Positions 1 to 12,783 of a DNA stretch of 64,000 nucleotides are shown here, piece by piece (position 1 is the stretch's first letter; each line of letters opens with the position of its first letter). Position numbers and translations under genes: made by a program. The notes under the pieces were generated by a model. That model was not told the origin of the DNA. It was given only the letters and a program-made list of their open reading frames with translations, and did no database searches. The DNA is taken from assembly GCA_965237415.1 (NCBI GenBank), contig CBDEFM010000001.1:1-64000 (forward strand), in the 5' to 3' direction. This DNA comes from Alphaproteobacteria bacterium. GTDB lineage: Bacteria; Pseudomonadota; Alphaproteobacteria; UBA828.

Positions 1-294
1 GGCGATGGCGCTCGCCGGTGCCTCGACGGGGCTCGCCGGCGCGCTCATGGCGCCGATCCATTCCGTGACACCCTATATGGGGCACGGCGTCATCCTGATC
101 GCCTTCGTGGTCGTCATCGTGGCGGGATGGCGAGTATCGAGGGTGCGATTCTGGCGGCTGCCATCCTCGGATTCATCCACACCTTCGTCACCACGGTCAC
201 CGACAACCTGATCGCGACGATGGTGGGCGTGGGCTTCATGGCAATCACCCTGATCGTCCGGCCACAGGGGCTCTTGGGCCGTGAGCGCGCCTGA
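1..294 (+). CDS. livH: Branched-chain amino acid ABC permease (LivH-like), 5'-partial, apparent frameshift at ~120
   Basis: ORF 5..211 reads AGALMAP...FVVVIV. A shifted frame from 121 reads GGMASIEGAILAAAILG...LIVRPQGLLGRERA* (stop 292-294), the typical LivH C-terminus. Directly precedes livM/G/F. Confidence 0.85.
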   Translation, partial: GDGARRCLDGARRRAHGADPFRDTLYGARRHPDRLRGRHRGGMASIEGAILAAAILGFIHTFVTTVTDNLIATMVGVGFMAITLIVRPQGLLGRERA

Positions 295-1327
295 CGAAGC
301 GGTGGAGACCAGCCAAGCGACCGCGAACGCGATGCGGCGGTTCGCCCCGCTGCTCCTTCTCGCCGCGGTGCTCGCCGTCCTGTGTGTCCTTGGCTTCGAG
401 CTGAAGCCCTATCACCGCGAGCTCGCGATCGTATTCTTCATCAACGTCATCATGGTGACGAGCTACCGGCTCATCACCACGACCGGGGATTGGAGCTTCG
501 CCCATGTGGTGCTGATGGGCGCAGGGTCCTATGGCGCGGCGCTCATAGCCAAGCATGCCGGGCTGCCCTTCGGTGTCGTTGTGCCGATGGCGGGGATCAC
601 CGCGGCAATCGTGGGCGCCGCCTTCATCGTGCCACTGCTGCGAACGGCGGGCTTCGGCTTCTTCATCGGCTCCTTCGCCATGGGTGAGCTGATCCGGCTT
701 ATCTGGGTGAAGGTGCAGTTCCCGTTCGGCGGTACGCGTGGGATCATCAATATCCCGTCGCCGGAGATCGTCGGGCTCAGGCTGTCGCCGCCGGTGCCCT
801 ATTACTTCACCTGCTTTATCGTCATGCTTGCCGCCGTCTTCATTATGTGGAGGCTCGACAAGTCGCGCCTCGGGAACGCCTGGAAGTCGATCCACAGCGA
901 CGACCTTCTGGCCGAATGCGTCGGTATCGACGTCGCGCGCTACCGCAGCCTCGCCTTCATCGCGGGCGCGTTCTTCGCCGGTATCGCGGGCGCTCTGCTG
1001 GCGTACCGAATGGGTTCGATCGATCCTCGCAACTTCGACCTGACCACGATGATCTATCTGATCATCTGGGTGGTGGTCGGCGGTATCGCCACCTTCTGGG
1101 GTCCGATCGTGGGACTGGTCGTTGTGACCATCGCCTTCGAATGGAGCCGGCCGCTGCTGGAATGGCGACCGCTGATGTTCGGCACCGTCCTGATCTTCTT
1201 CCTCATCTTTTTGCCGGGCGGGCTGGAAAGCCTGTTCCCTAAGGTCGCCAATGCGCTCCGCACACCGCCGGGCCAGCAACTCGAACGTCTGCGCGCCTGG
1301 GTGACGACGTTCGCATCGCGCACATAG
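281..1327 (+). CDS. livM: Branched-chain amino acid ABC permease (LivM-like)
   Basis: Hydrophobic 348 aa with GDWSFAH, GGTRGI and VVVGGIATFWGPIVG...FLPGGL motifs. Confidence 0.9.
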   Translation: MSAPDEAVETSQATANAMRRFAPLLLLAAVLAVLCVLGFELKPYHRELAIVFFINVIMVTSYRLITTTGDWSFAHVVLMGAGSYGAALIAKHAGLPFGVVVPMAGITAAIVGAAFIVPLLRTAGFGFFIGSFAMGELIRLIWVKVQFPFGGTRGIINIPSPEIVGLRLSPPVPYYFTCFIVMLAAVFIMWRLDKSRLGNAWKSIHSDDLLAECVGIDVARYRSLAFIAGAFFAGIAGALLAYRMGSIDPRNFDLTTMIYLIIWVVVGGIATFWGPIVGLVVVTIAFEWSRPLLEWRPLMFGTVLIFFLIFLPGGLESLFPKVANALRTPPGQQLERLRAWVTTFASRT

Positions 1328-1338
1328 GGGCCGAAATC

Positions 1339-2124
1339 GTGGCGCTTCTCGAAGTCAGACAACTGACCAAGCGCTTCGGCGGCCTCCTCGCCATTTCCGA
1401 TCTCGACATGACGGTCGAGGAAGGTGAAATCCGCGGCGTCATCGGGCCGAACGGGGCAGGCAAGACGACGCTCTTCAACGTCATCTCGGGCACCTACAGG
1501 CCGACCTCCGGCGACGTCTTCCTGAACGGCGACAAGCTCACCGGCCTGCGCCCGAGCCGGATCGCAGGCAAGGGTGGAGTGCGCACTTTTCAGCGCTCCG
1601 CGATGTTCAGCGACTTCACGGTGCTTCAGAATGTGCTGATCGCACGGCACCTGCATGCGCGCGAGAGCCTGTTCGGCGCGATTGTCGGCACGGCGCGCGG
1701 CATGGAGAAGGCCAATGAGAGGCGGGCTCTGGAGATTCTCGATTACATCGGCCTGAGTGCGTTCAGAGACGAACTCGCGCCCAATCTCTCGCACGGTCAT
1801 CAGCGCGCGCTCGGTGTCGCGATGGCGCTCGCCACGGAACCCCGCATCCTCATGCTGGACGAGCCCGTCGCCGGGATGAATCCGGCCGAGACAGAGCGCA
1901 TGACCGCAATAATTCGGAAGCTGCGCGACGAATGGAACATCACGATCCTGTTGGTCGAGCACGACATGAAGACTGTGATGGGCCTCTGCGAGTACATCAC
2001 GGTCCTGAATTTCGGAAAGAAGCTGACGGAAGGTGTGCCGGCGGAGATCGTTTCTAACCCGGAGGTGATCGAGGCCTATCTCGGCTCCGAGGACATCTTG
2101 GGAGACGACGACTTTGCTGCTTGA
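1339..2124 (+). CDS. livG: ABC ATP-binding protein (LivG-like)
   Basis: Walker A GPNGAGKTT, LSHGHQR signature, LMLDEP, C-terminal VIEAYLG. Confidence 0.92.
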   Translation: MALLEVRQLTKRFGGLLAISDLDMTVEEGEIRGVIGPNGAGKTTLFNVISGTYRPTSGDVFLNGDKLTGLRPSRIAGKGGVRTFQRSAMFSDFTVLQNVLIARHLHARESLFGAIVGTARGMEKANERRALEILDYIGLSAFRDELAPNLSHGHQRALGVAMALATEPRILMLDEPVAGMNPAETERMTAIIRKLRDEWNITILLVEHDMKTVMGLCEYITVLNFGKKLTEGVPAEIVSNPEVIEAYLGSEDILGDDDFAA

Positions 2125-2824
2125 ACTCGAGAACGTATCGGTCAGCTACAACAAGATCGAAGCCGTCAAGGGGATCTCCATCGGCGTCGAGGAGGGGGAG
2201 ATCGTCACCCTGATCGGTGCCAACGGCGCGGGGAAGTCCACCACATTGCGGGCGATCTCCGGCCTCGAGCGTCTGAGCGGCGGCGAAATCCGCCTGGGGG
2301 GCGCGCGCATCAACGGCGCCTCGCCGGAGAAGATCGCCGGACTTGGCATCGCCCATGTGCCCGAGGGGCGGCGTGTCTTCCCCATGATGACCGTGCGCGA
2401 GAATCTGGAGATGGGCGCCTACTTGCGCAAGGACGCGGACGGTCTGCGTGCGGATTTCGACGATGTCTTCAGGCGGTTCCCGCGCTTGCAGGAGCGCGCC
2501 AGCCAGCTCGCGGGCACGCTCTCCGGCGGCGAGCAGCAGATGCTCGCCATGGGCCGCGCCCTGATGTCGAGACCCAACGTGATCCTGATGGACGAGCCGT
2601 CGCTCGGGTTGTCTCCCATCATGTGCCGCGAAATCGCCCGCATCATCCGCGCGCTGCACACCGAGAAACGGACCATCGTGCTGGTCGAGCAGAACGCCCG
2701 GCTTGCCCTTGCGCTTGCCCAGAAGGGGTACGTGATGGAGACGGGACGGATCGTTCTCGAAGGCCCGGCGGCCGACCTGCGCGAGAATGACAAGGTGCAG
2801 CAGACCTATCTGGGCGTCGCCTAG
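2114..2824 (+). CDS. livF: ABC ATP-binding protein (LivF-like)
   Basis: GANGAGKST, LSGGEQQM, DEPSLGL, VEQN. Confidence 0.92.
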   Translation: MLLELENVSVSYNKIEAVKGISIGVEEGEIVTLIGANGAGKSTTLRAISGLERLSGGEIRLGGARINGASPEKIAGLGIAHVPEGRRVFPMMTVRENLEMGAYLRKDADGLRADFDDVFRRFPRLQERASQLAGTLSGGEQQMLAMGRALMSRPNVILMDEPSLGLSPIMCREIARIIRALHTEKRTIVLVEQNARLALALAQKGYVMETGRIVLEGPAADLRENDKVQQTYLGVA

Positions 2825-2864
2825 ACAACCCGGTCACGCTGGCGGCAACCCTGGAGAGAGAGTC

Positions 2865-3650
2865 ATGAGAGTAGGACTGGAGGGCAAACGGACACTCGTC
2901 ACAGGCGCGGCGAGCGGCATCGGGCGCGCGATCGCGGAGGCTTACGCACGAGAAGGCGCGACGGTCGCAATCCACGCACGGAGCGAGGCACGAGCGGCGG
3001 AGACCCTAGAGGCCATCGCCGACGCTGGCGGCAAGGCCTTTGCCGCCCCCGCCGATCTGACAGACCCTTCGGCCATCGAGGCGATGTGCAAGGCCGCCAT
3101 CGAGAGGCTCGGCGGCATCGACGTGGTCGTAAACAATGCCGGAGTCGCCGATTACAGCAAGGTCGTCGACATGGACGAGGCCATGTGGGACTGGATCATG
3201 GCCGTCAACCTGAAGGCGCCGTACCTGATTTCGAAGCACACGCTGCCGACGATGATCGCGCAGGGTGCCGGCGGCGTGCAGCTCTTCAACGCCTCGACCA
3301 ACGCCAAGACCGCGGATGCGGAGTGGACCGCCTACAACGCCACCAAGCACGGCCTGGTCGGCTTCGTGCGCTGTCTCGCCGCCGAGGTGGGCGAGCACAA
3401 CATCCGGGTGAACGCCATCTGTCCCGGCTGGATCGAGACCAAAATGGCGGTGGAGTTGCACGAGAACATGGCGCGCGATCTCGGCGAACCCTACGAGAAG
3501 GTCTATGACGAGAGCATGCGCACCAACATGATGAACGCCCTGATCCCGCCGACCGCGATCGCCGAGATGGCCGTTTGCCTCGCCGGCGATCCCGGACGCT
3601 ACGTGACCGGGCAAGCGATCAATGTCTGCGCCGGCCTCAGCATCCACTGA
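2865..3650 (+). CDS. Short-chain dehydrogenase/reductase (SDR)
   Basis: TGAASGIG, NNAG, YNATK catalytic YxxxK. ATG at 2865 follows a GGAGAG RBS. Confidence 0.9.
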   Translation: MRVGLEGKRTLVTGAASGIGRAIAEAYAREGATVAIHARSEARAAETLEAIADAGGKAFAAPADLTDPSAIEAMCKAAIERLGGIDVVVNNAGVADYSKVVDMDEAMWDWIMAVNLKAPYLISKHTLPTMIAQGAGGVQLFNASTNAKTADAEWTAYNATKHGLVGFVRCLAAEVGEHNIRVNAICPGWIETKMAVELHENMARDLGEPYEKVYDESMRTNMMNALIPPTAIAEMAVCLAGDPGRYVTGQAINVCAGLSIH

Positions 3651-3663
3651 GGAGCGGCAGGGC

Positions 3664-4551
3664 TCAGCCGGGCTGGCGATCGAGGAAGTCGCGCAGCGCC
3701 GCGAAATAGGCGTCGGGCTCTTCGAAGAAAGGCGTGTGCGAGCTGTTGGGGAAGACGACGCTCGTTGCATTCGGTAGCACGTCCTGCATGAGCATGGCGC
3801 CTTCCGGGGTGAGCTCGTCGTGGAGGCCGCTCACAATCAGGCAGGGCACGGTGATGCGTGACATCTCCGAGAGCCGGTCCCAATCCTTGAGCGTGCCGAC
3901 GCAGCAGAACTCGTTGGGTCCCCACATCGTGCCGTAGACCGCCATGTTGATGCCGTCGAGCGAGCGCTGCAGCGGCGCGGGCCACTCGTCGACCCGGCAC
4001 AGGTGCCTGAAGTACAGGATGGTGATGGCGGCCTGATAGGCAGGGTGGTCCGTGGTTCCTTGCGCCTCGTGACGCTGCATCATGGCCACCGTCTCGGGGC
4101 CCAGGGCGGCGCGAAGGCGCTTCATCTCCGCCACCGTGTGCGGCACACAGCCTGAGCCGTTCGCGATCACGTAGGATGCGACGTTATCCTGGTACTTCAG
4201 GCAGTAATCGGTGCCCAACCAGGTTCCCCAGGATTGCCCGAGCAGATGGACCCGGCCGAGCCCGAGCGCGGACCGAACCGCCTCCACCTCGTCCACATAG
4301 CGGGCCACGTTGAAGAGCGAGGTATCGTCCGGTTTGTCGGACTGGCCGCAGCCGAGCTGGTCATAGACCACCACGCGATAGCCGTGATCCGCCATCACCG
4401 AATGGCTGTCTCGCACATAGTCGCAGGGAAGACCGGGGCCGCCGTGAAGACCAAGCAGAATCCGCTCGCTCGCGCCGTAGCTGTAGACGGCCACCTCGCC
4501 GCCCTCCACGGCGACGCGACAGGTCTCGTTGGGCTGCCTCTCTTCACTCAT
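3664..4551 (-). CDS. Proline iminopeptidase-family alpha/beta hydrolase
   Basis: HGGPG oxyanion motif, GQSWG nucleophile elbow, YDQLGCG, MWGPNEF, SSHTPFFE. Confidence 0.88.
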   Translation of the reverse strand: MSEERQPNETCRVAVEGGEVAVYSYGASERILLGLHGGPGLPCDYVRDSHSVMADHGYRVVVYDQLGCGQSDKPDDTSLFNVARYVDEVEAVRSALGLGRVHLLGQSWGTWLGTDYCLKYQDNVASYVIANGSGCVPHTVAEMKRLRAALGPETVAMMQRHEAQGTTDHPAYQAAITILYFRHLCRVDEWPAPLQRSLDGINMAVYGTMWGPNEFCCVGTLKDWDRLSEMSRITVPCLIVSGLHDELTPEGAMLMQDVLPNATSVVFPNSSHTPFFEEPDAYFAALRDFLDRQPG

Positions 4552-4565
4552 CGATCGCCCCCTTG

Positions 4566-5543
4566 CTACCCCGAAGTGCCATAGGTCTCGCAGAATTCAG
4601 CGTACATGCGCTCGTAGCGGTCCGCATTCATCGTCGAGTAGATCCGGAAGTCGAAGTCAATCGGCTTGTCCATCACCTCGGAGACGATGCTCCAGGTGGT
4701 CTCGCGTATGGCAGCAACCACTGTCGCGGCGGCAAAGCGGTAGCGAAGCTCGTCGGTAGCCGGGGCGTCGAAATAGTTCTCGAGATAAGGGTCGATCTCG
4801 TCCGGCCTGATCTCGATATTCATGGCGAGGACGCCGAGGTCGAACAGGTCTACCACGAACCCGGCGAACTCCCAGTCCACGAACCAGAGCCGTTCGCCGT
4901 CGTCCATGATGTTCTGCGGGTTGAGGTCGTTATGGCCGAAGACGATGGTCGCCGGACCCATCGCGCGCTCCAGCGCCTCGTTCGCTGCGGCGAGGCCCGG
5001 CAACATGGCTAGCCATCGCTCGTAGAGCCGGTCGGAGCGTTCCTGCAACAACCGAATGTACGAGCGATGATGCTGGAACGGCCAGAACATGAAGCCCGTC
5101 GAGTCCAGGTGCTTATGCGCCTCGCGATGGAGCTGGCGAAAGAGACGGGCCACCTTGGCGAGCTGCTCCGGCTCGTGCACGTCGGCCGGCAGGAGCGAAC
5201 GGCCTTCGATGAAGCGGATCACCATCAGGCCGGGCTCGGCGTAGACCACCTCCGGCGCGACCCCTGCGGCGTGGGCCGCACGAAAGGCCTGGAGCTCGTG
5301 CTCGCGGGAGACGCCGAAGAAGGGCTCGTCCTCGCCGACGCGGATCACGTAGCGCTGGCCATCGTCTTCTGCGGTGAGGTTGATGTTGCTGAGACCGCCG
5401 CTCAACAAGGCGGGCTCGACGGCGCCGGTCCAGATCGGCAGCGCGCGGGCGCGTTCGATCGCCGCGCCGCTGCGCGCCTCCATGCCGCGCGCGCCGCCGA
5501 CCAGCGAATAAACCTCGTCGTCTGTTATGGGCTTGTCCGTCAT
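4566..5543 (-). CDS. Choline/ethanolamine kinase-like phosphotransferase
   Basis: GGLSN loop, Brenner motif HNDLNPQN, VDWEFAG. Confidence 0.85.
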   Translation of the reverse strand: MTDKPITDDEVYSLVGGARGMEARSGAAIERARALPIWTGAVEPALLSGGLSNINLTAEDDGQRYVIRVGEDEPFFGVSREHELQAFRAAHAAGVAPEVVYAEPGLMVIRFIEGRSLLPADVHEPEQLAKVARLFRQLHREAHKHLDSTGFMFWPFQHHRSYIRLLQERSDRLYERWLAMLPGLAAANEALERAMGPATIVFGHNDLNPQNIMDDGERLWFVDWEFAGFVVDLFDLGVLAMNIEIRPDEIDPYLENYFDAPATDELRYRFAAATVVAAIRETTWSIVSEVMDKPIDFDFRIYSTMNADRYERMYAEFCETYGTSG

Positions 5544-5571
5544 GCCTCATGCGCCCGGTTGCGGGCGGCGC

Positions 5572-8019
5572 TCACGCCTTGACCCGCTCGTTGTCCGGAT
5601 CGTAGAGCGGCCGTAGGTGGAGTTCGGCCGGCACCTCGCGCGTTGCGACCTCCAGCGAATACGTGCCACTCGCGAGATAGTCGTCGCCGACGCCCGCCGG
5701 GTTTCGCACATAGCCCATGCCAATGCTCTGGCCGACGGTGTGGCCGAAACCGCCGGAAGCGAGCCAGCCCACGCGCTCGCCGTTCCGAATGATTGTCTCA
5801 CGGCCCCACAGCTGCACCTCGGGGTCGTCCGCGATGGTGAAGGTCACGAGGCGGCGGGTCAGCGGCTGTTCCCGCTGCCTCCGCACAGCGTCCTGGCCGA
5901 TGAACGGCGTCGCCTTGTCGAACGCAACTGCGAAGTCGAGGCCGGCCTCCAGCGGGTTGAAGTCAGGACCGATATCCGCCGCCCACACGCGGTAGCCCTT
6001 CTCCAACCGCAGGCTGTCGATCGCCCGGTAGCCCGCATCGCGCAGCCCGTGCGCGTCACCCGCTTCCTTCAGCGCATCGTAGACCGTGACCATGTAGTCG
6101 GTCGGAACGTGGAGCTCCCAGCCGAGCTCGCCCACGAAGGTGATGCGCATGGCGCGGACGGGCGCGCCGGCCACGTAGATCTCCCGCACCGCGCCGAAGG
6201 GAAAGTCCTCCGGCCCGAGAGGGCCTTCGGCAACGGCAGCGAGGATTTCGCGGGCGCGCGGCCCCATCAGCGCGAGCACCCCGTAGGCCGAGGTGACGTC
6301 GATCAGCGAGGCGTGGGCGTCCGGATCGATGTTGCAGCTGATATGGTCGAAGTCGTGGGTCGCAAAGCCGGTGCCGGTAACGATGTAGAAGGAGTCGTCC
6401 GCGATGCGCGCGACGGTCAGGTCGCATTCGATCCCGCCGTGCCCCTTGAGCATCTGCGTGTAGGTGATGCGCCCCGGCGGCTTGCTCACATCCGCGGCGC
6501 AGATGCGCTGCAGGCAGGACTCCGCATCGCGCCCAACCAGGGCGAACTTGGCGAAGGACGACTGGTCGAAGAGGGCGGCCGCACCCCGGCAGGACGCGTG
6601 CTCGACGGCGACGTGCGCGTGCCAGTGGGGGCGCACGAAGCTGTCGATCTCCACCGGCTCGACCCCTTCGGGCGCAAACCAGTTGGGCCGCTCCCACCCG
6701 AACTTGGCGCCGAAGCAGGCGCGGCTGTCTGCCAGGCGATCGTAGATCGCGCTACGCCGTAGCGGCCGGCCGGCCTTCATCTCCTCGCGGGGCCAGACGA
6801 TGGTGTAATGGTGACCCTGGCCTTCCAGCGAACGAACCAGAACCTGGCTGTCGGCCCTGTGGTAGCCGCTAAAGCGGCGGATATCGAAGCTCCAGATGTC
6901 GTAGGGCGGCTCGCCGTTCAGGATCCACTCGCCGAGCGCCATACCGGCGCCGCCGCAGCCGGTGAGACCGTAGGCATTGAAGCCCGCGCTCACGAAGATG
7001 TTGCGCACCTCCGGCGCCTCGCCCATCACCGGATTCTGGTCTTCGGTGAAGGATTCCAGGCCATTGAACCAGCTCTTGATGCCCACCGTCTTGAGCACGG
7101 GAATCCAGTCGAGCAACCCTTCGAGCCTCGGCATGAAGTGGTCGAGGTTCTCGGGCATGAGCTTGAACTCGTGGTCCCTGGGTATCGGATCGGTGAACGG
7201 GATCGGATCGGGGTCGTACTGGCCGACGAGCAGTCCGCCGACCTCCTCGCGGATGTAGTGCCAGAGGTCGGGGTCCCGCGTCGTCGGCAGGTCGCGGGTC
7301 ACGCCCTCGATCGGCTCGGTGATGAAATAGCAATGATGCGAGGGCTGGATTGGGACGTTCACCCCCGCGAGCCGCCCGACTTCGCGCGACCAGATGCCGC
7401 AGCAGATCACCGCGATCTCGCAGCGGATCGTGCCGCGCTCCGTCCTGACTGCGTTGACACGGCCGCGCTCCATCTCGAAACCGGTCACCGCGGTGTCTTC
7501 GAAGAGCCGGGCACCGTATTGGCGCGCCCCTTTCGCCAGTGCCATGCATGTATCCGACGGGCTCAGGGCGCCGTCGGAGGGGATATAGAGCGCGCAATCC
7601 ACATGATCGATGGTCATGAAGGGGAAGAGCGCCTGCGCTTCCTTCGCCGATATCAGTTGCATCTCGACGCCGAAGGAGCGCGCCGTCGTGATCGCCCGCT
7701 CGTACTCGTGGCGGCGGTCGCGGTTCGAGGCGACCCGCATGCCGCCGGTCTGCCGCCAACCCGTGGCCTGGCCGGTTTCGGCCTCGAGCGAGGCGTAGAG
7801 GTCGGCGCCATAGGCCATAAGCCGCCCCGCGTTCGGATCTGTGCGGAACTGCGCGAAGGCGCCGGCGGCATGCCAGGTCGATCCAGAAGTGAGCTTGGCT
7901 TTCTCGACCAGGACGACATCATCGCAGCCGTGTTTCGCCAGATGGTACGCGGTGGCACAGCCAATCGCCCCGCCGCCGATGATCACGACACGCGCCTGGT
8001 CGGGAAACCCTTGGGTCAT
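5572..8019 (-). CDS. GcvT-family FAD-dependent oxidoreductase (dimethylglycine/sarcosine dehydrogenase-like)
   Basis: IIGGGAIG, SGSTWHAAG, GWERPNWF, ITFVGELGWEL, SLRLEKGY. Start taken at MTQGFP (8019). Confidence 0.9.
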   Translation of the reverse strand: MTQGFPDQARVVIIGGGAIGCATAYHLAKHGCDDVVLVEKAKLTSGSTWHAAGAFAQFRTDPNAGRLMAYGADLYASLEAETGQATGWRQTGGMRVASNRDRRHEYERAITTARSFGVEMQLISAKEAQALFPFMTIDHVDCALYIPSDGALSPSDTCMALAKGARQYGARLFEDTAVTGFEMERGRVNAVRTERGTIRCEIAVICCGIWSREVGRLAGVNVPIQPSHHCYFITEPIEGVTRDLPTTRDPDLWHYIREEVGGLLVGQYDPDPIPFTDPIPRDHEFKLMPENLDHFMPRLEGLLDWIPVLKTVGIKSWFNGLESFTEDQNPVMGEAPEVRNIFVSAGFNAYGLTGCGGAGMALGEWILNGEPPYDIWSFDIRRFSGYHRADSQVLVRSLEGQGHHYTIVWPREEMKAGRPLRRSAIYDRLADSRACFGAKFGWERPNWFAPEGVEPVEIDSFVRPHWHAHVAVEHASCRGAAALFDQSSFAKFALVGRDAESCLQRICAADVSKPPGRITYTQMLKGHGGIECDLTVARIADDSFYIVTGTGFATHDFDHISCNIDPDAHASLIDVTSAYGVLALMGPRAREILAAVAEGPLGPEDFPFGAVREIYVAGAPVRAMRITFVGELGWELHVPTDYMVTVYDALKEAGDAHGLRDAGYRAIDSLRLEKGYRVWAADIGPDFNPLEAGLDFAVAFDKATPFIGQDAVRRQREQPLTRRLVTFTIADDPEVQLWGRETIIRNGERVGWLASGGFGHTVGQSIGMGYVRNPAGVGDDYLASGTYSLEVATREVPAELHLRPLYDPDNERVKA

Positions 8020-8100
8020 CGGCTGCAGCCCTCCCGCATTGCGCTCGGCGGCGCTCAGTCTATCAGCGGGTCTTTGGATCACGAAGCGGGGCGAGGGGAG

Positions 8101-9621
8101 TCAGGCGTTGGTGCGAAGGATGTGGTGGGCGGCGTTGTGGCCGGGTGCGCCGGTAACCTCGCCGGCCGGGTGCGTGCCGCCGCCGCAGAGATAGAAGTTG
8201 CGAATCTCGGTATCGTAGCCGGGCCGCCCCCTCAGGAACTGGCTCGGCACCACGTCGAGATGGCGGATTGCGCCATCGGTGATCCCCGTGCGCTGCTCGA
8301 TGTCCCAGGGGCTCATGAACATCCACTCGCGGATGGCTGAGCGGAAATTGGGGACGAAGCGCGTCACGTAATCGACGACTCCTTCGCCCACTTCCTCGCG
8401 CCGCTCCTCCCAGGTGCCTGTCGCGAGCCGCGGCGGCGCGTAGAGACCCCAGATCGAGCAAATATGGCCATCCCGATCGGTCAGTGTCTTGTCATAGAAG
8501 GTCGGCACCTGAAGGTGGCAGATCGGCTCGCTGCAGGGCTCTCCCGCCCGCATTTCCGCTCCCGCCCGGGCATAATGATCAAGGCTCGGCGCGATCAGAA
8601 TGTAGGAGATGGGCGGGCCGTCATATCCGTCGAGATAACCCGAAACGTCCGGCGGCTCGTCCATCACGCAGTGAAACTTGAAGTAGCCGGTCTCGGTCTT
8701 GAGCCGCTCCACGCGGTTCATGAGACCCGCCGGCAGATCCTCGGGCCCGAAGAGGCTCCGGTAGGTGCGCTTGGGATCGGCATTCGAGAGCACGATCTCG
8801 GCGCGGATCTCTTCACCCGAGGCGAGGCGCACGCCGGTAGCTGCGCCGCCCTCCACCAGCACCCGCACGACCGGCGCATCGCAGCGGATCTCGCCGCCCT
8901 GCTCCGCCACCGCCTCTGCCATGGTGCGGGTGATCGAGCCCATGCCGCCTTCGACGACGTAGAAGCCGTGCCCGCCAGCAGCGCCGAATTGGAAGAATAT
9001 CTCGGCCCAGGCGCTGCCATTGGCGTAGGGGTCGGCCATATCCTGCACGTAGAGCATCATCGCGCGCACGCGCTCGTCCTCGAAATAGTCGGCCGCGAGG
9101 TCGACGAGCGACGAGGTGAATAAACGCTCCAACACCGCTTCGTCGCCGTTCGCCTTGGCGCGTTCCCAAACGTCGGAGAGTGTCGGCGGATCGGTCAGCA
9201 TGTAGGGCTGCACCAGCGCGGTTGCCCTGGTCCAGAGGTCGACCCATTCGGGAAAGCGCGCCGCGTCGCGCGTATTCAGCCGCGCGATCGATTCCACCGT
9301 GGTCTCCATGTCGTAGTGCAGGAGTGCGTGCGAGCCGTCTTCGTAGGGAAGGAACACGGGCGGGTCGATCAAGTGCATGGTCAACCCGCGCGCGTCGAGG
9401 CCCATGTCATCGCGCACCTTCTGTTCGAGCTTCCACATGACGTAGGAACAAGACGAGACGCGGTAGCCTTCGAAAAGCTCCTCCGTCGCGCAGGCGCCGC
9501 CGACGAAGGGTCTGCGCTCGCAGAGCAGCACCTTGCGCCCCGCCCGCGCGAGATAGAAGGCGGCGACGAGCCCATTATGGCCCGCGCCGACGATGATTGC
9601 GTCGTACGTTGCGTTCGCCAT
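8101..9621 (-). CDS. Phytoene desaturase-family NAD(P)/FAD oxidoreductase
   Basis: IIVGAGHNGLVAA, GGACATEE, GGMG, YLCGGGTHPAGEVTGAPGHNAA. Confidence 0.85.
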   Translation of the reverse strand: MANATYDAIIVGAGHNGLVAAFYLARAGRKVLLCERRPFVGGACATEELFEGYRVSSCSYVMWKLEQKVRDDMGLDARGLTMHLIDPPVFLPYEDGSHALLHYDMETTVESIARLNTRDAARFPEWVDLWTRATALVQPYMLTDPPTLSDVWERAKANGDEAVLERLFTSSLVDLAADYFEDERVRAMMLYVQDMADPYANGSAWAEIFFQFGAAGGHGFYVVEGGMGSITRTMAEAVAEQGGEIRCDAPVVRVLVEGGAATGVRLASGEEIRAEIVLSNADPKRTYRSLFGPEDLPAGLMNRVERLKTETGYFKFHCVMDEPPDVSGYLDGYDGPPISYILIAPSLDHYARAGAEMRAGEPCSEPICHLQVPTFYDKTLTDRDGHICSIWGLYAPPRLATGTWEERREEVGEGVVDYVTRFVPNFRSAIREWMFMSPWDIEQRTGITDGAIRHLDVVPSQFLRGRPGYDTEIRNFYLCGGGTHPAGEVTGAPGHNAAHHILRTNA

Positions 9622-9859
9622 TGCGTTGTCCTTCTCCCTGCGGGCGTTGCGTGCTCAGCTTGCAGTCAGCGGCCGCGCGAGGGCAAGTGTGCCGCCTCGC
9701 GCGATAGCGCCCGATGGCCCGCCCGGAGTAGGGTGGACGGGACGCCTGGAGGCAGGGGCAGAGCGGAATTCGGATTTCGAAGAGTCTTATCTCAATGCGC
9801 GACGTCGGTTCTTCCCTGTGTGATCGGGTCGAACGAACTCTTTAGATTGAAGTGCCAAG

Positions 9860-12146
<2,287 letters not shown>

Positions 12147-12264
12147 GAGGTCACACATGTTCCTGCATCGGGCTCATGAGGCTTCTGCAAAGCGACCGAT
12201 GACTCAACCGATGGACCGGGTAGACTGATAGGGGACAAGACCCCACAAAGGAGAGGAAAAGAGA

Positions 12265-12645
12265 ATGCTCAACTATGTGACGCTGAAGGACGAGGGCGGC
12301 CTCGAGCCATGGCCGCCGCTGGGTGATCTGCCGTTCGTGAATGTGCTCGAAGGGAACCCGGTGCACGAGGGACGTTTCGATCTGGGCGGCTTCGGCATGC
12401 GCACGATGGCGGGCGTCTGGCAGTGCACGCCGGGCAAGTTCGAATACACCTATCCCGGCGACGAGATCTGCACCTTGCTCCAGGGCAAGATCCACGTAAC
12501 GGAGCAGGACGGCACGACCCACACCTATACCGCCGGCGATATCTTTTACACGTCGAAGGGTGAGCAGGTGACTTGGGTAATCGAGGAGACCGTGCGCAAG
12601 GTCTTCTTCATTCACGATCCCGAGGCCGAGCAGCTCGCCGCCTAG
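12265..12645 (+). CDS. Cupin-domain protein (DUF861/EutQ-like)
   Basis: GVWQCTPG..Y..DEICTLLQG...AGD..W..ETVRK cupin pattern. Confidence 0.85.
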   Translation: MLNYVTLKDEGGLEPWPPLGDLPFVNVLEGNPVHEGRFDLGGFGMRTMAGVWQCTPGKFEYTYPGDEICTLLQGKIHVTEQDGTTHTYTAGDIFYTSKGEQVTWVIEETVRKVFFIHDPEAEQLAA

Positions 12646-12661
12646 GCGAGGGTCTCACATC

Positions 12662-12710
12662 CCGGCAGCGCCGCGCCTTGCGCCCACGCGCTCGGCGCGT
12701 TCGCTGCCGG
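12662..12710. other. Intergenic GC hairpin
   Basis: CCGGCAGCG...CGCTGCCGG inverted repeat between the cupin and the second dehydrogenase; no U-tract. Confidence 0.45.
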
Positions 12711-12783
12711 ACTATCGCCAAGGACGTATAAGAGGGCGCGCCCCTGCAGCGGCGCTGCCTGCATTCTGTGCAGGGAGGCAACA

